From contig JAAZVW010000005.1 of assembly GCA_018623135.1 (NCBI GenBank), forward strand, positions 1-57,758: a DNA stretch of 57,758 nucleotides. Direction: 5' to 3'. The translations under genes were made by a program, and so were the position numbers. Below the pieces are notes generated by a model that was not told where the DNA came from, searched no databases, and saw only the letters and a list, made by a program, of their open reading frames with translations. This document shows positions 1 through 8,523 of the stretch, piece by piece. The DNA comes from Pseudomonadota bacterium (lineage in GTDB: Bacteria > Pseudomonadota > Alphaproteobacteria > UBA1280 > JAAZVW01). Each line of letters begins with the position of its first letter. Within the stretch, counting starts at the first letter, position 1.

Positions 1-696
1 AGCAAACTTTGGGATTTGGGCTATACAGATGGTCAGATGCGTTTACTGAGTATTGGTGGTGCGTCTACGATTTTGAATAGCTTTAATATTCTGTCGGATA
101 AGGATGCAAATTTTGCTGTGTATCAGGATATGCCAGATGGTGCTGCTGCTACTGTTGCTTCTGAAGCAACAGCTGATGAGGTTGCTTTGGGCAAATTGCT
201 GTATTTGTTTGGCCGTGCAGAAAGCGAACGGTTAGATGAAGGGGTGCAATTTTATTTGGGTAACTTAGTGTATCCCGATAAAATTATCGACCCTGCAGAT
301 TTACTGGTGACGGTGCGTAATATGTCATTTATCCCTTGGGGAGAATATGAATTACAAATGTCTCCTACACCAGAAGATCTGCGTACACCGCAATTTGAAA
401 CCCAAGGTGGGCCTTACACCCTGCGTTGGGCAGATGTAGATAAGGGAAGTTATACCGTTAACACAGAACTTGTGGGTATTTTCTCTCGGGTATCGACATC
501 TAAACTGTCGGTTACGCTTATCTGCGACGGATATGTTTACAGCAATACGAAAGATATGTTTGATGTAAACATTATTCCGGAGTGGCTCCAGCAGTACGTA
601 AGTCTGCTAGACTTTATCGACCGTTTTGGTGCAAAAACTGATTTCTTTGGGATTGATATTGATTCTGAAGAACGTTGCAGTGTAGATACGCTGTAG
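1..696 (+). CDS. hypothetical protein, C-terminal fragment (frame open to window start)
   Basis: Frame 1 has no stop from base 1 (SKLWDLGYTDG...) to the TAG at 694-696, so the TTG at 16 is probably not the true start. An intrinsic terminator follows. No family recognised by eye. Confidence 0.5.
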   Translation, partial: SKLWDLGYTDGQMRLLSIGGASTILNSFNILSDKDANFAVYQDMPDGAAATVASEATADEVALGKLLYLFGRAESERLDEGVQFYLGNLVYPDKIIDPADLLVTVRNMSFIPWGEYELQMSPTPEDLRTPQFETQGGPYTLRWADVDKGSYTVNTELVGIFSRVSTSKLSVTLICDGYVYSNTKDMFDVNIIPEWLQQYVSLLDFIDRFGAKTDFFGIDIDSEERCSVDTL

Positions 697-723
697 GTTG
701 TTTTTTACACCAATCGGAATTAT

Positions 724-751
724 GCCGTGGCTTTTGCCACGGCTTTTTTTT
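724..751 (+). terminator. intrinsic terminator
   Basis: gccgtggc-tttt-gccacggc stem-loop followed by a run of 8 T. Confidence 0.8.
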
Positions 752-788
752 ATGATAGTAGATACATAAGTTCTTAAAGGGTTTTTAA

Positions 789-1682
789 TTGGCAGATTTT
801 TGGTGGTCATTTGCGCTGATTCAGGCGCTATTTACCGGTGCAATGGTGGTTATGGCACATAAATATGGTGTGGCAGGTGTACGCTTGATTCATATGCGTT
901 CTGTTGTGCTGAGCCTATTTTTAAGCCCAATTTTATTTTTAGCCCCCCTACCGAGTGACCCTGCTTTTTATATAGGAGCAATTGGTATTGGGGTTTTAGG
1001 TTCTATTGCCGATTCATTGGTGTTTGCTTCTTCTGCTATATATGGAGCGGGGGCGACATCTCGGTTATTACCTATGTCTATTGTTGGTTCTTTTGTTTTT
1101 TGGTTTTTATTTGAGCCCTCTCAAATGACTTTATATATGGCTAAGCCTCTTATTGGTGTAGGCATTGTTTTGGCTCTGCTTTTATCTATGTATGCGATAT
1201 CGAGTATGCGTAAAGGTGGCGGAGAAAGTGGCGCAGGTGCTTTTAAAATGCTTTTGCCAGCGGTAATGATTTATGCTGTATGTGATAGTTTGAATAAAAT
1301 TAGTATAGATACCATAGAGCTTGGCTGGGGGAATTTATATTTTATTTTCTTTTTATGTATAACAATGGCCTTTACAACAGGTGTTTATATGAAGTTGCGT
1401 AAGCAACGGTTATACAGAGTAGCAAGGCTTGAGTCGGCACTTTTTTGGAAAGTAGGCTTGGTGATGGCGACGCTTTATTTATGCGCGATGCTGGGGCGTA
1501 CTACAGCTATGTTTTTTACAATTAACCCTGCTTTTGCTTCTGTTATTGGTCTTTCTGTGCCGATTTGGGTGCTTTTTTATAATATTATGATTAAAAGTGA
1601 TGATGCCTATGCAAATATTGGGGCGACATTTTTATTTGTGTTAGCTGCCTCTTTATTAATTGTTTTGAGTGGTTTAATTTAA
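789..1682 (+). CDS. polytopic membrane protein, DMT/EamA-like permease (paralog 1)
   Basis: 297-aa ORF with about 10 hydrophobic segments. Paralogous to the next ORF (shared WW near the N-terminus and a C-terminal IPIWVL.Y..M.K..D.YANI motif). The family call rests on size and topology only. Confidence 0.6.
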   Translation: MADFWWSFALIQALFTGAMVVMAHKYGVAGVRLIHMRSVVLSLFLSPILFLAPLPSDPAFYIGAIGIGVLGSIADSLVFASSAIYGAGATSRLLPMSIVGSFVFWFLFEPSQMTLYMAKPLIGVGIVLALLLSMYAISSMRKGGGESGAGAFKMLLPAVMIYAVCDSLNKISIDTIELGWGNLYFIFFLCITMAFTTGVYMKLRKQRLYRVARLESALFWKVGLVMATLYLCAMLGRTTAMFFTINPAFASVIGLSVPIWVLFYNIMIKSDDAYANIGATFLFVLAASLLIVLSGLI

Positions 1683-1711
1683 CTAAATTTACAATAGGGG
1701 GAAGATAAAAA

Positions 1712-2584
1712 ATGGAGAGTTTATGGTGGCTACTTGCTTTGTGTAAAGCTTGGGGTGGTGCAGCTACGGTACTGCTTACTGAGCGGCAACAACGTTCATC
1801 TGTTGAGCTATTATGGTTACGTAGCTTGTCCGCTTTATTTTTGTTTAGCCCTTGTTTTGTATTTGAAATGCCGCAAAATTTTCTGTTTTATCTGTTTGCT
1901 TTTGTTGTTGGTTTTTGTGTGTTTTTAGGAGATAAGATTATTTTTTCTAGTTGCCAAATATATGGCGCTCTGACGGTTTCTCGTTTTATGCCACTTTCTG
2001 TTTTTGGTAGTTTTTTCTTGTGGCTTATGGTGGATACAGAGCAAGTGAAAGCGCTTATTGCTAAGCCTTTGTTGGCGACTGCGATTTTATTAAGTTTATC
2101 TGGGGCTGTTTGGGCTGTTGCTGTTATGAGAAAAGGTTCTGATATTTCAAAACGTGCTTTTTTTGCTTTGTTACCTACTATTGTTATTTTTGGGTTGTGT
2201 GATGTGTTTTCAACATTAGCAATTCAAAGTCAGCCCCCTTTTATTGGTGCACTTTATTTTGCGTTTTGGGTATCTGTATCAACTTTATTTTGTTCTTCTG
2301 TTTTCTTAATGTTGCAAAAAAAAATGAGGCCACAGGTTAAATTTTCCTTTAACATTTTTGTTTTGTTGGGGTTTTTTCATGCGGTTTCTACATTTGGTAT
2401 GATGAGTGCTTTTTATTATGCTCCTAACCCCGGGTTTGTGATGGCGTTAGGTCTTTCTATTCCTATTTGGGTTTTGATGTATCGGTTGATGTTAAAACAA
2501 AAAGATGATTATGCTAATATAGCAGTTGGGGGCGTATTTTTAATATGTGCTACCATACTGGTTGTTTTAAGCAGCTATTTGTAA
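1712..2584 (+). CDS. polytopic membrane protein, DMT/EamA-like permease (paralog 2)
   Basis: 290-aa ORF preceded by the RBS gggggaag. Same topology and C-terminal motif as 789-1682. Confidence 0.6.
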   Translation: MESLWWLLALCKAWGGAATVLLTERQQRSSVELLWLRSLSALFLFSPCFVFEMPQNFLFYLFAFVVGFCVFLGDKIIFSSCQIYGALTVSRFMPLSVFGSFFLWLMVDTEQVKALIAKPLLATAILLSLSGAVWAVAVMRKGSDISKRAFFALLPTIVIFGLCDVFSTLAIQSQPPFIGALYFAFWVSVSTLFCSSVFLMLQKKMRPQVKFSFNIFVLLGFFHAVSTFGMMSAFYYAPNPGFVMALGLSIPIWVLMYRLMLKQKDDYANIAVGGVFLICATILVVLSSYL

Positions 2585-2585
2585 T

Positions 2586-2613
2586 AAAAAAAGCAGCCGT
2601 ATGGCTGCTTTTT
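2586..2613. terminator. bidirectional intrinsic terminator
   Basis: A-run, then agcagcc-gtat-ggctgct, then T-run, between convergent genes ending at 2584 (+) and 2627 (-). Confidence 0.8.
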
Positions 2614-2626
2614 GCATCTTTTGATG

Positions 2627-3052
2627 CTAGTTATGACGTTTTTTCATGCTCTCCCAAAGTTGTTTCCAGATAGGCATGCTTGGGGTTTCTTTCGGTGGTT
2701 TTTGACTTAAGGCGGTATTTTTTGGTAAAGAGTCGTCGCCCGCGGTAATGCGTTTAACCATTTGCTCTGAGAAGTAGAGATGAGAGCCAGGGGCTGTTAC
2801 TTTTTTGGCCATTTCGGCAATAATTTCTTCCGAGGCATCGGTGAGGATGGTGAAGGAGATGTCATTAAGCTTATAATCATAAGCCTTGAAATAGGCCGCA
2901 AAATTTTTAAAATTCGGCATTTTTTGGTGTACAACACTTGGGCTTTCGCTACCGATCAGAGAAGACATGCTAAAGGCGTTCCATTTACGGAAAGCTGCTT
3001 CTGCAATTGTTTCTGCTTCTTCGGTTGTGAGAGTGCGCTGTTGAGTAGTCAT
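2627..3052 (-). CDS. hypothetical protein (141 aa), second gene of a two-gene orphan operon
   Basis: ATG preceded by GGGGAGA about 7 nt upstream, 19 nt after the stop of 3072-3533. No TM segment or signal peptide. No family recognised. Confidence 0.6.
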   Translation of the reverse strand: MTTQQRTLTTEEAETIAEAAFRKWNAFSMSSLIGSESPSVVHQKMPNFKNFAAYFKAYDYKLNDISFTILTDASEEIIAEMAKKVTAPGSHLYFSEQMVKRITAGDDSLPKNTALSQKPPKETPSMPIWKQLWESMKKRHN

Positions 3053-3071
3053 AAGTTATCTCCCCAGAGGT

Positions 3072-3533
3072 TTATTGTAAAATGCGTTTGATGATGCGTG
3101 GGATGAATGATTGTTTGCCTTTTTGTGTTTTATAGGCAATATCACCTGAAATACAGGCATCTAAAAAACTGGTTTTTGATGAAAGCCCATCTCCGAAACT
3201 AAAGAGTAAGGCAGGCACTTGCTTGTGTTCATCTGGGTAATCTATATAGAAATCGTTTTGGCTGATGAGCGCATCTGATTCTAATACCACTTTGAGTGAT
3301 TCTTCTATATCTTGAGATGTGGTGATATAATCACGGAAAACAGCCACGACTTGGTTGTCATCCCGGTGCCAATATTGCAAGCCCATTTTGGCGATGTTTT
3401 CATCTAGCACTTTGTGTGTTTCTTTGTCTGATAGTTGGCTGCCACCGTTTACATTAATGGCTTTTAGTATTTGTTCCTTTACTACAGGAACAAGGTTAGT
3501 TGGCAAAGCACAGGTTTGTATAAGCTTAGGCAT
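3072..3533 (-). CDS. hypothetical protein (153 aa), first gene of a two-gene orphan operon
   Basis: ATG preceded by AAGGGAGGG. No TM segment or signal peptide. No family recognised. Confidence 0.6.
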   Translation of the reverse strand: MPKLIQTCALPTNLVPVVKEQILKAINVNGGSQLSDKETHKVLDENIAKMGLQYWHRDDNQVVAVFRDYITTSQDIEESLKVVLESDALISQNDFYIDYPDEHKQVPALLFSFGDGLSSKTSFLDACISGDIAYKTQKGKQSFIPRIIKRILQ

Positions 3534-3582
3534 AAAACAGCCCTCCCTTGAGTAAAACGTGATACTGAGATTAAGTAGATGA

Positions 3583-3610
3583 ATTGTATACTTATGTGAA
3601 AATAAGGCAA
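3583..3610 (-). promoter_or_regulatory. candidate sigma70-type promoter for the 3533-2627 operon
   Basis: Minus strand reads TTGCCT, a 16-nt spacer, then TACAAT, about 45 nt upstream of the ATG at 3533. Confidence 0.3.
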
Positions 3611-3631
3611 GAGTAAAGTGTTTTTATGCGT

Positions 3632-3656
3632 AAAAAAAGCGCCCCCTCGGGGGCGC
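3632..3656 (-). terminator. intrinsic terminator (about 110 nt downstream of rlmN)
   Basis: Minus strand has gcgcccc-cgag-ggggcgc followed by TTTTTTT. Confidence 0.7.
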
Positions 3657-3767
3657 TGTGAGACACGGGTTCTAAATGCGTGTGCTAACCTGAGTTTTAT
3701 GTGAAAGATCGAAGTTTAAAATGTAAAGGTCGGTCCTTCATGCAGATAAAAAAGAGGTTTTATGCTT

Positions 3768-4910
3768 TTATGCTTCCGCGCCTGTTATCTCTACTTTAAT
3801 GCGTTGTTTTTGTGCTTCTGTGCCGTAAACATCTACAACTGTTGGGAATTCTAGGCTTACTGTGTTGCGTTTAGATGTTTCTGAACGTAACTGACCGCAA
3901 GCTGCTAAAATATCTTCCCCACGTGTTTTACGGATAACAGCAATCATGCCTAGTCTTTGTAGTTTTTTGTAAAACTTTGTGATGTTTTCTGTGGTTGATG
4001 GCTTGTACGGAGAACCTGGCCATGGGTTAAATGGAATAAGGTTCACCATAGATGGAATGCCATCTAATAATTTAACCAACGCTTTTGCATCTTCCTCAGA
4101 ATCATTAATGCCATCAAGCATAATATATTCCCAGGTGATTTTACGTGTTTCTTTTAAGCGAAAAGCTTTCACAGATTCAATAAGTTGACCAAGGTCATAC
4201 TTATTATTAATCGGCATAATTTTTGTACGTGTTTCGTTATTTGAGGCATGGATAGAAATAGCTAGGTTTACGCCGAGCTCTTCACCAATTGCCGGAATTT
4301 CTGGTACAACGCCAGAAGTAGAGATTGTAATTTTTCGGCTACCATAGCCCATGCCATGCTCATCCATAAAAATGTGGCAAGATGTAAAGACATTATCTTT
4401 ATTATAAAGAGGTTCGCCCATGCCCATGAAAACAATATTAGAGATTTTACGTGGCTTATCACGGCCTTGCCAGTCATCAATACGGCTGCGTGCCATCCAT
4501 ACCTGAAGTACAATTTCTTCTGTACTTAGGTTACGAGAAAGACCTTGCGTGCCTGTATGGCAAAAACGGCATGTAAGTGTGCAACCAACTTGTGATGAAA
4601 TACATAATGTACCGCGTGTCGCTTCTGGAATGAAAACAGATTCCACCTCGTGACCATCTTCCATTTTAAATAGCCATTTAATAACGCCATCGGATGCGTG
4701 TTGTTCTGCCGTAATCGTAGGTAAAAAGCTTGAAAAGTTTTCAGCTAAAATAAGGCGCTCACGCTTAGGTAAATTATCCATAAGGTCAAAATCAACAACA
4801 CCACGCACGTGCACCCAATCCCACAATTGTTTTGTGCGGAATGGTTTTAGGCCAAGCTCTGTAAGTTTAGCTTTGAGTTCCTGACGTGTATAACTTAAAA
4901 TATGGCGCAT
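3768..4910 (-). CDS. rlmN: 23S rRNA/tRNA adenine-C2 methyltransferase RlmN (radical SAM)
   Basis: 380 aa. Radical-SAM motif CTLTCRFCHTG, then GMGEPL and a C-terminal AACGQL, as expected for RlmN/Cfr. Confidence 0.9.
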   Translation of the reverse strand: MRHILSYTRQELKAKLTELGLKPFRTKQLWDWVHVRGVVDFDLMDNLPKRERLILAENFSSFLPTITAEQHASDGVIKWLFKMEDGHEVESVFIPEATRGTLCISSQVGCTLTCRFCHTGTQGLSRNLSTEEIVLQVWMARSRIDDWQGRDKPRKISNIVFMGMGEPLYNKDNVFTSCHIFMDEHGMGYGSRKITISTSGVVPEIPAIGEELGVNLAISIHASNNETRTKIMPINNKYDLGQLIESVKAFRLKETRKITWEYIMLDGINDSEEDAKALVKLLDGIPSMVNLIPFNPWPGSPYKPSTTENITKFYKKLQRLGMIAVIRKTRGEDILAACGQLRSETSKRNTVSLEFPTVVDVYGTEAQKQRIKVEITGAEA

Positions 4911-5003
4911 AAATTTACCTACATTTCACTAAATTGTTTATCTGTTGCCTTTAGGGCACAGAGGCTAATATATGTAAGTTTGTATGAATTACAAGGATAA
5001 AAA

Positions 5004-5031
5004 CAAAAAAAACCGCCCGTAGGCGGTTTTT
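5004..5031 (-). terminator. intrinsic terminator
   Basis: aaccgcc-cgta-ggcggtt with an A-run on the plus strand (T-run on minus), directly after the stop at 5038. Confidence 0.8.
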
Positions 5032-5037
5032 GTCGCG

Positions 5038-5847
5038 TTAGCTGGCATAATAGATGTCTTCTTTTGAGGGAGCCTCCAAATGAAAATAGAAAATTTCGGG
5101 GTCTATTTCTGCCGTTACCATAAGTTCGGGGTGTTTTTGAGCAAGCTGATCTAACAATTCTAAGATTGCTTCATCAGAAGTAGTGCTATCTTCAACCTGT
5201 TTGATGAGGTTAAAGATTTTTTCATAGACTGCTTTTGTGTCGGCTTCTGTATCCAGCATAAAGCGATAACAGCTGCTTTTTGCGAGTTGGATATCCTCTG
5301 CGGTACCGAGAATGTCTGTAAAAAAATCAATTGCATTAGCAACAAAGAAGCCTAAAGTTTGTGGAGCAAACTCAATGGTTTGTATTTGCTCTTCTAAATC
5401 TTTGTCTTCTTCTAATACAGCGACTAATGCAAGAATGTACTTTGCAGCTTCTGTAATTGAATCTGCCGCATCGGCGGTAATTTCGCAAAAGACGTTTGCT
5501 TGTGTACATCCTTGTTGTGGGTTTTTAAAGCTTTGAAGGAAATCATCAAAATATAAGGTAAGGTCATTTTCTAGCACAAAACCTTTAGAATTTTGCCCTG
5601 CAATGAAGTAACCACCTGTTTTGAATTCTTTCCCTTGCCCTGTATGGTGAAGGGTTGAGAAAAAGTTGAGCATGTTGTCGGCATTAACTAAGGAGCTTTC
5701 AATGAGGGGGGCGGCTAGCTCTTTGGGGATATGCCATTGGCTTTCTTTTTGATCAATACAAAAGGTTTGAAAACCTAAGCACGAAATGGCGACTTTCATG
5801 TGAGTTATCAGTTCATCATCTGCATAGAATTCTATGAAGTGAGTCAT
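5038..5847 (-). CDS. acidic hypothetical protein (269 aa)
   Basis: Long ORF with its own terminator, rich in D/E, with no TM segment or signal peptide. Shares collinear short motifs with 5968-6735. Confidence 0.6.
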   Translation of the reverse strand: MTHFIEFYADDELITHMKVAISCLGFQTFCIDQKESQWHIPKELAAPLIESSLVNADNMLNFFSTLHHTGQGKEFKTGGYFIAGQNSKGFVLENDLTLYFDDFLQSFKNPQQGCTQANVFCEITADAADSITEAAKYILALVAVLEEDKDLEEQIQTIEFAPQTLGFFVANAIDFFTDILGTAEDIQLAKSSCYRFMLDTEADTKAVYEKIFNLIKQVEDSTTSDEAILELLDQLAQKHPELMVTAEIDPEIFYFHLEAPSKEDIYYAS

Positions 5848-5922
5848 AAACGTAACCTCTTTATCAGAAATAAGTTGGCATTAGATTAGCTTATTACCTT
5901 TTAGTATACAATTGTTTTTTGC

Positions 5923-5953
5923 AAAAAAAGACAGGCATGCTTAGCATGCCTGT
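5923..5953 (-). terminator. intrinsic terminator
   Basis: acaggcatgc-tta-gcatgcctgt 10-bp stem with a T-run on the minus strand, just after the stop at 5968. Confidence 0.8.
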
Positions 5954-5967
5954 TATAGGGTTCGTTT

Positions 5968-6735
5968 TTATTGCAGGGTTTGTGTGGTCTTGGATTGGGG
6001 TGAACTTTGAATAGAAGATTCATTTTCTAGAATCAACAGATTCAGCTTCTCGGTTTCCGGAATGAGGTTTTGGATAAGCTTAAGCTTATCTTCGTAGCTT
6101 AAATCTTCATAGTCGAGCTGATCCAGATAATCATCGACTTTGTCCATTAAATCTTCAGATGTATCTATTTTCTGATACACCATAAAAATTTGGTTGTTGC
6201 TTTCTGGCTGAGAGATAAGCAGCCCTATATCACAGAAAAACTCTAAGAAGGCATGAAGTAAAACTTCGTAGTCCCCTTGAGTTGGTGTGTAAATCGGGGT
6301 CGGTTCTTCAGGGTTATATTCGGGGTTATGAATATCAATATAGTTATTCATAAATTCAGCCAATAGGCAGGTCATGCCTGCATTAAGCGTCGCAGAGCAA
6401 CTTTCTTTAGGAAATGCCTGTGGTGATTGGCAAAGGTATTGCAGGAATTTTGCAAAATAGGTGTCTGTAAAAGAGGCAAAATCAAGTGCATAAACCTCTT
6501 CATCCGTTACATATATCAGGCGATCTATGAAATATTCTTCATCTCTTTCGATATGGGTTGTATGCAGCAAATCAAATATTTGTTTGGTCTGTGCAATAAT
6601 TATGTTCAGTGCGCTTTCTGTCAGCTTGGGTTGGCTGTCAGTGGTGAGCATTTGCCGACTTAGGTTGAAAGAGAGCTCAGTCAGCTGATGAATGGTTTGG
6701 GGTTCAACTGGGATATTAACAGTTAACTCTGCCAT
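5968..6735 (-). CDS. acidic hypothetical protein (255 aa), distant paralog of 5038-5847
   Basis: ATG preceded by AAGGAGA. Rich in D/E, with no TM segment or signal peptide. Confidence 0.6.
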   Translation of the reverse strand: MAELTVNIPVEPQTIHQLTELSFNLSRQMLTTDSQPKLTESALNIIIAQTKQIFDLLHTTHIERDEEYFIDRLIYVTDEEVYALDFASFTDTYFAKFLQYLCQSPQAFPKESCSATLNAGMTCLLAEFMNNYIDIHNPEYNPEEPTPIYTPTQGDYEVLLHAFLEFFCDIGLLISQPESNNQIFMVYQKIDTSEDLMDKVDDYLDQLDYEDLSYEDKLKLIQNLIPETEKLNLLILENESSIQSSPQSKTTQTLQ

Positions 6736-6834
6736 AGGAAGTCTCCTTAAAGGCGAAAAAGGTAAATATCAAGGTTTTAATAAAAATAGATGGTATACAC
6801 TTAAGTTAATTGAAACAAGTAAAAATTTTTTTTA

Positions 6835-8448
6835 TTAGGCTTTTGTGTAGTTAGGCCCAGAACCACCTTCGGGTGCAACCCAGTTAATGACTTGATAAGG
6901 GTCTTTAATGTCGCAAGTTTTGCAATGTATGCAATTTGCACTATTGATTTGTATATGAGATCCTTTTTCAGTATCTGGGTCATCTACTAATTCAAAAACT
7001 TGTGCAGGGCAAAAGTTTAAACAAGGGTGATTGTATTCATCTGCGCAAGTTGTCATACAAATATTGGGGTCTATAATTTGTATGTGATTTGGCTGTTCCT
7101 CGTTATGTTGTATAAAGCTTTTTTCTAGAGCATCTAAGCGGCTTAAGCTTTGCGGATTAGGTGTAAAACTTTCTGGCTTAAAAGAGCGGAACTTTTTGAG
7201 TGACTGATGGTCTGGATGCATTTTTAGGTTATAAGGTAGTTTGCCAAAGGTGATTGTTTCTAACCCTGCACCTAAAATGCCGTAGGTTGTGCCTTTTGTG
7301 AACCAAGCGCGTATGTTTCTTACCTTATGTAATTCGTTATAGACATTTGAATTTTTAAAGTCTTCCTCATACTGTTCAAGGTTTGTGCCTTTTGTAAGGT
7401 GCAAATAAGTTGTTTTTGCAGCAATAATACCGCTTTTGATAGCGGTGTGTATGCCTTTTAGTTTGGCGATATTAAGAGTACCCGCAGCATCGCCTACAAG
7501 AAGTGCGCCTGGCATGCTTAATTTGTATTGCCCATTAAGGCCTGATTCGTAAATACTGCGAGCGCCAGAGCTAATAAGTGTGGCATCTTTAAGTAAATGT
7601 GCAATTTTAGGGTGGGTTTTAAACCTTTGTAGCATGCGATGTGGTTGTAAATCGGGGTCTTTATAATCTAACCCCACAATAAAACCAAGTGAAATTAGAT
7701 TATCAGCCATTTGGTATAAAAAGCCACCGCCATATGTTTCATGATCGAGTGGCCAGCCCATGCTATGCATAAGCGCGCCTTCTTCTAGAGCTGTTTCTGT
7801 GCGCCAAATTTCTTTCAGACCAATGCCGTAAGATTGTGCAGAAAGAGGGTTTTCTAGGTTAAAGGCTGCGACAAGTTGTTTGGTAATATGCCCACGGCAG
7901 CCATCAGCCACTAAGGTTACTTTTGCACGGATATCGGGGCCAGCAACGAACCTTTCTGTAGGATTTCCTTGCTTATCTTCTCCAAAATTTCCTGTGCGCA
8001 CACCAATGACCTGATTGTTTTCAATAAGTGGCGTTTGTGCGCTAAACCCTGGGAAAACTTCAACGCCGATAGCTTCACATTTTTCTGCTAAATAGCGAAC
8101 AAGCTCGCTTTGGTGTACAAAAACTTGTTTACCCGATTTAAGTTGAGGTGGTGTTGGGCGATATTTGGCATCTGTTTCTGTGAGCTTCACAAAAGTATGT
8201 TTTGTCACTTTTGTGAAGTTAAGTTTATTCTCTTCTTGCCAATTGGGGATAAGTTGGTCGAGGCCTGATGTCTCCATGCAAGCGCCAGAAAGGCTATGTC
8301 CGCCAATGTCTGCTGCCTTTTCTAGCACACATATTTGCAAATTTTGGTTTTGGTCGAGGCTTTTTAAATGGTATGCAGCAGCAAGACCTGCAGGGCCTGC
8401 ACCTAAAATACATACGTCGTATGTTAAAATATCTCTATTTTCTATCAT
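6835..8448 (-). CDS. electron-transfer flavoprotein:ubiquinone oxidoreductase (ETF-QO)
   Basis: FAD fingerprint DVCILGAGPAGLAAA and a C-terminal 4Fe-4S motif CIHCKTCDIKDP. The ATG at 8448 has the RBS GAGGTAAGG and gives the usual N-terminus. The ORF track extends to 8496. Confidence 0.9.
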   Translation of the reverse strand: MIENRDILTYDVCILGAGPAGLAAAYHLKSLDQNQNLQICVLEKAADIGGHSLSGACMETSGLDQLIPNWQEENKLNFTKVTKHTFVKLTETDAKYRPTPPQLKSGKQVFVHQSELVRYLAEKCEAIGVEVFPGFSAQTPLIENNQVIGVRTGNFGEDKQGNPTERFVAGPDIRAKVTLVADGCRGHITKQLVAAFNLENPLSAQSYGIGLKEIWRTETALEEGALMHSMGWPLDHETYGGGFLYQMADNLISLGFIVGLDYKDPDLQPHRMLQRFKTHPKIAHLLKDATLISSGARSIYESGLNGQYKLSMPGALLVGDAAGTLNIAKLKGIHTAIKSGIIAAKTTYLHLTKGTNLEQYEEDFKNSNVYNELHKVRNIRAWFTKGTTYGILGAGLETITFGKLPYNLKMHPDHQSLKKFRSFKPESFTPNPQSLSRLDALEKSFIQHNEEQPNHIQIIDPNICMTTCADEYNHPCLNFCPAQVFELVDDPDTEKGSHIQINSANCIHCKTCDIKDPYQVINWVAPEGGSGPNYTKA

Positions 8449-8523
8449 AAACCTTACCTCTAAACCTTTATTTTTTAACTTTTCTACTATATACATAGAG
8501 GGAAGTCAAAACAGACATAATAT

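Noticed and set aside
1734-1928. 64-aa same-strand alternative-frame ORF inside the second permease gene
   Set aside because: It is nested in a convincing membrane-protein frame with a paralog-supported sequence, so it is a frame-shifted shadow ORF.
3657-3767. About 110 nt between the rlmN stop and its terminator, as a possible 3'-UTR-derived sRNA
   Set aside because: I see only weak, imperfect pairing apart from the terminator itself, with no independent promoter-like element. The evidence is insufficient.
8449-8496. N-terminal extensions in the ORF track (ETF-QO to 8496, etfB from 26065, arsC from 35661, TlpA-like to 31894, small acidic ORF from 23407)
   Set aside because: Internal starts have better RBSs and give N-termini matching the families. 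The arsC extension would also run through the upstream terminator. These are trimmed in the feature list.
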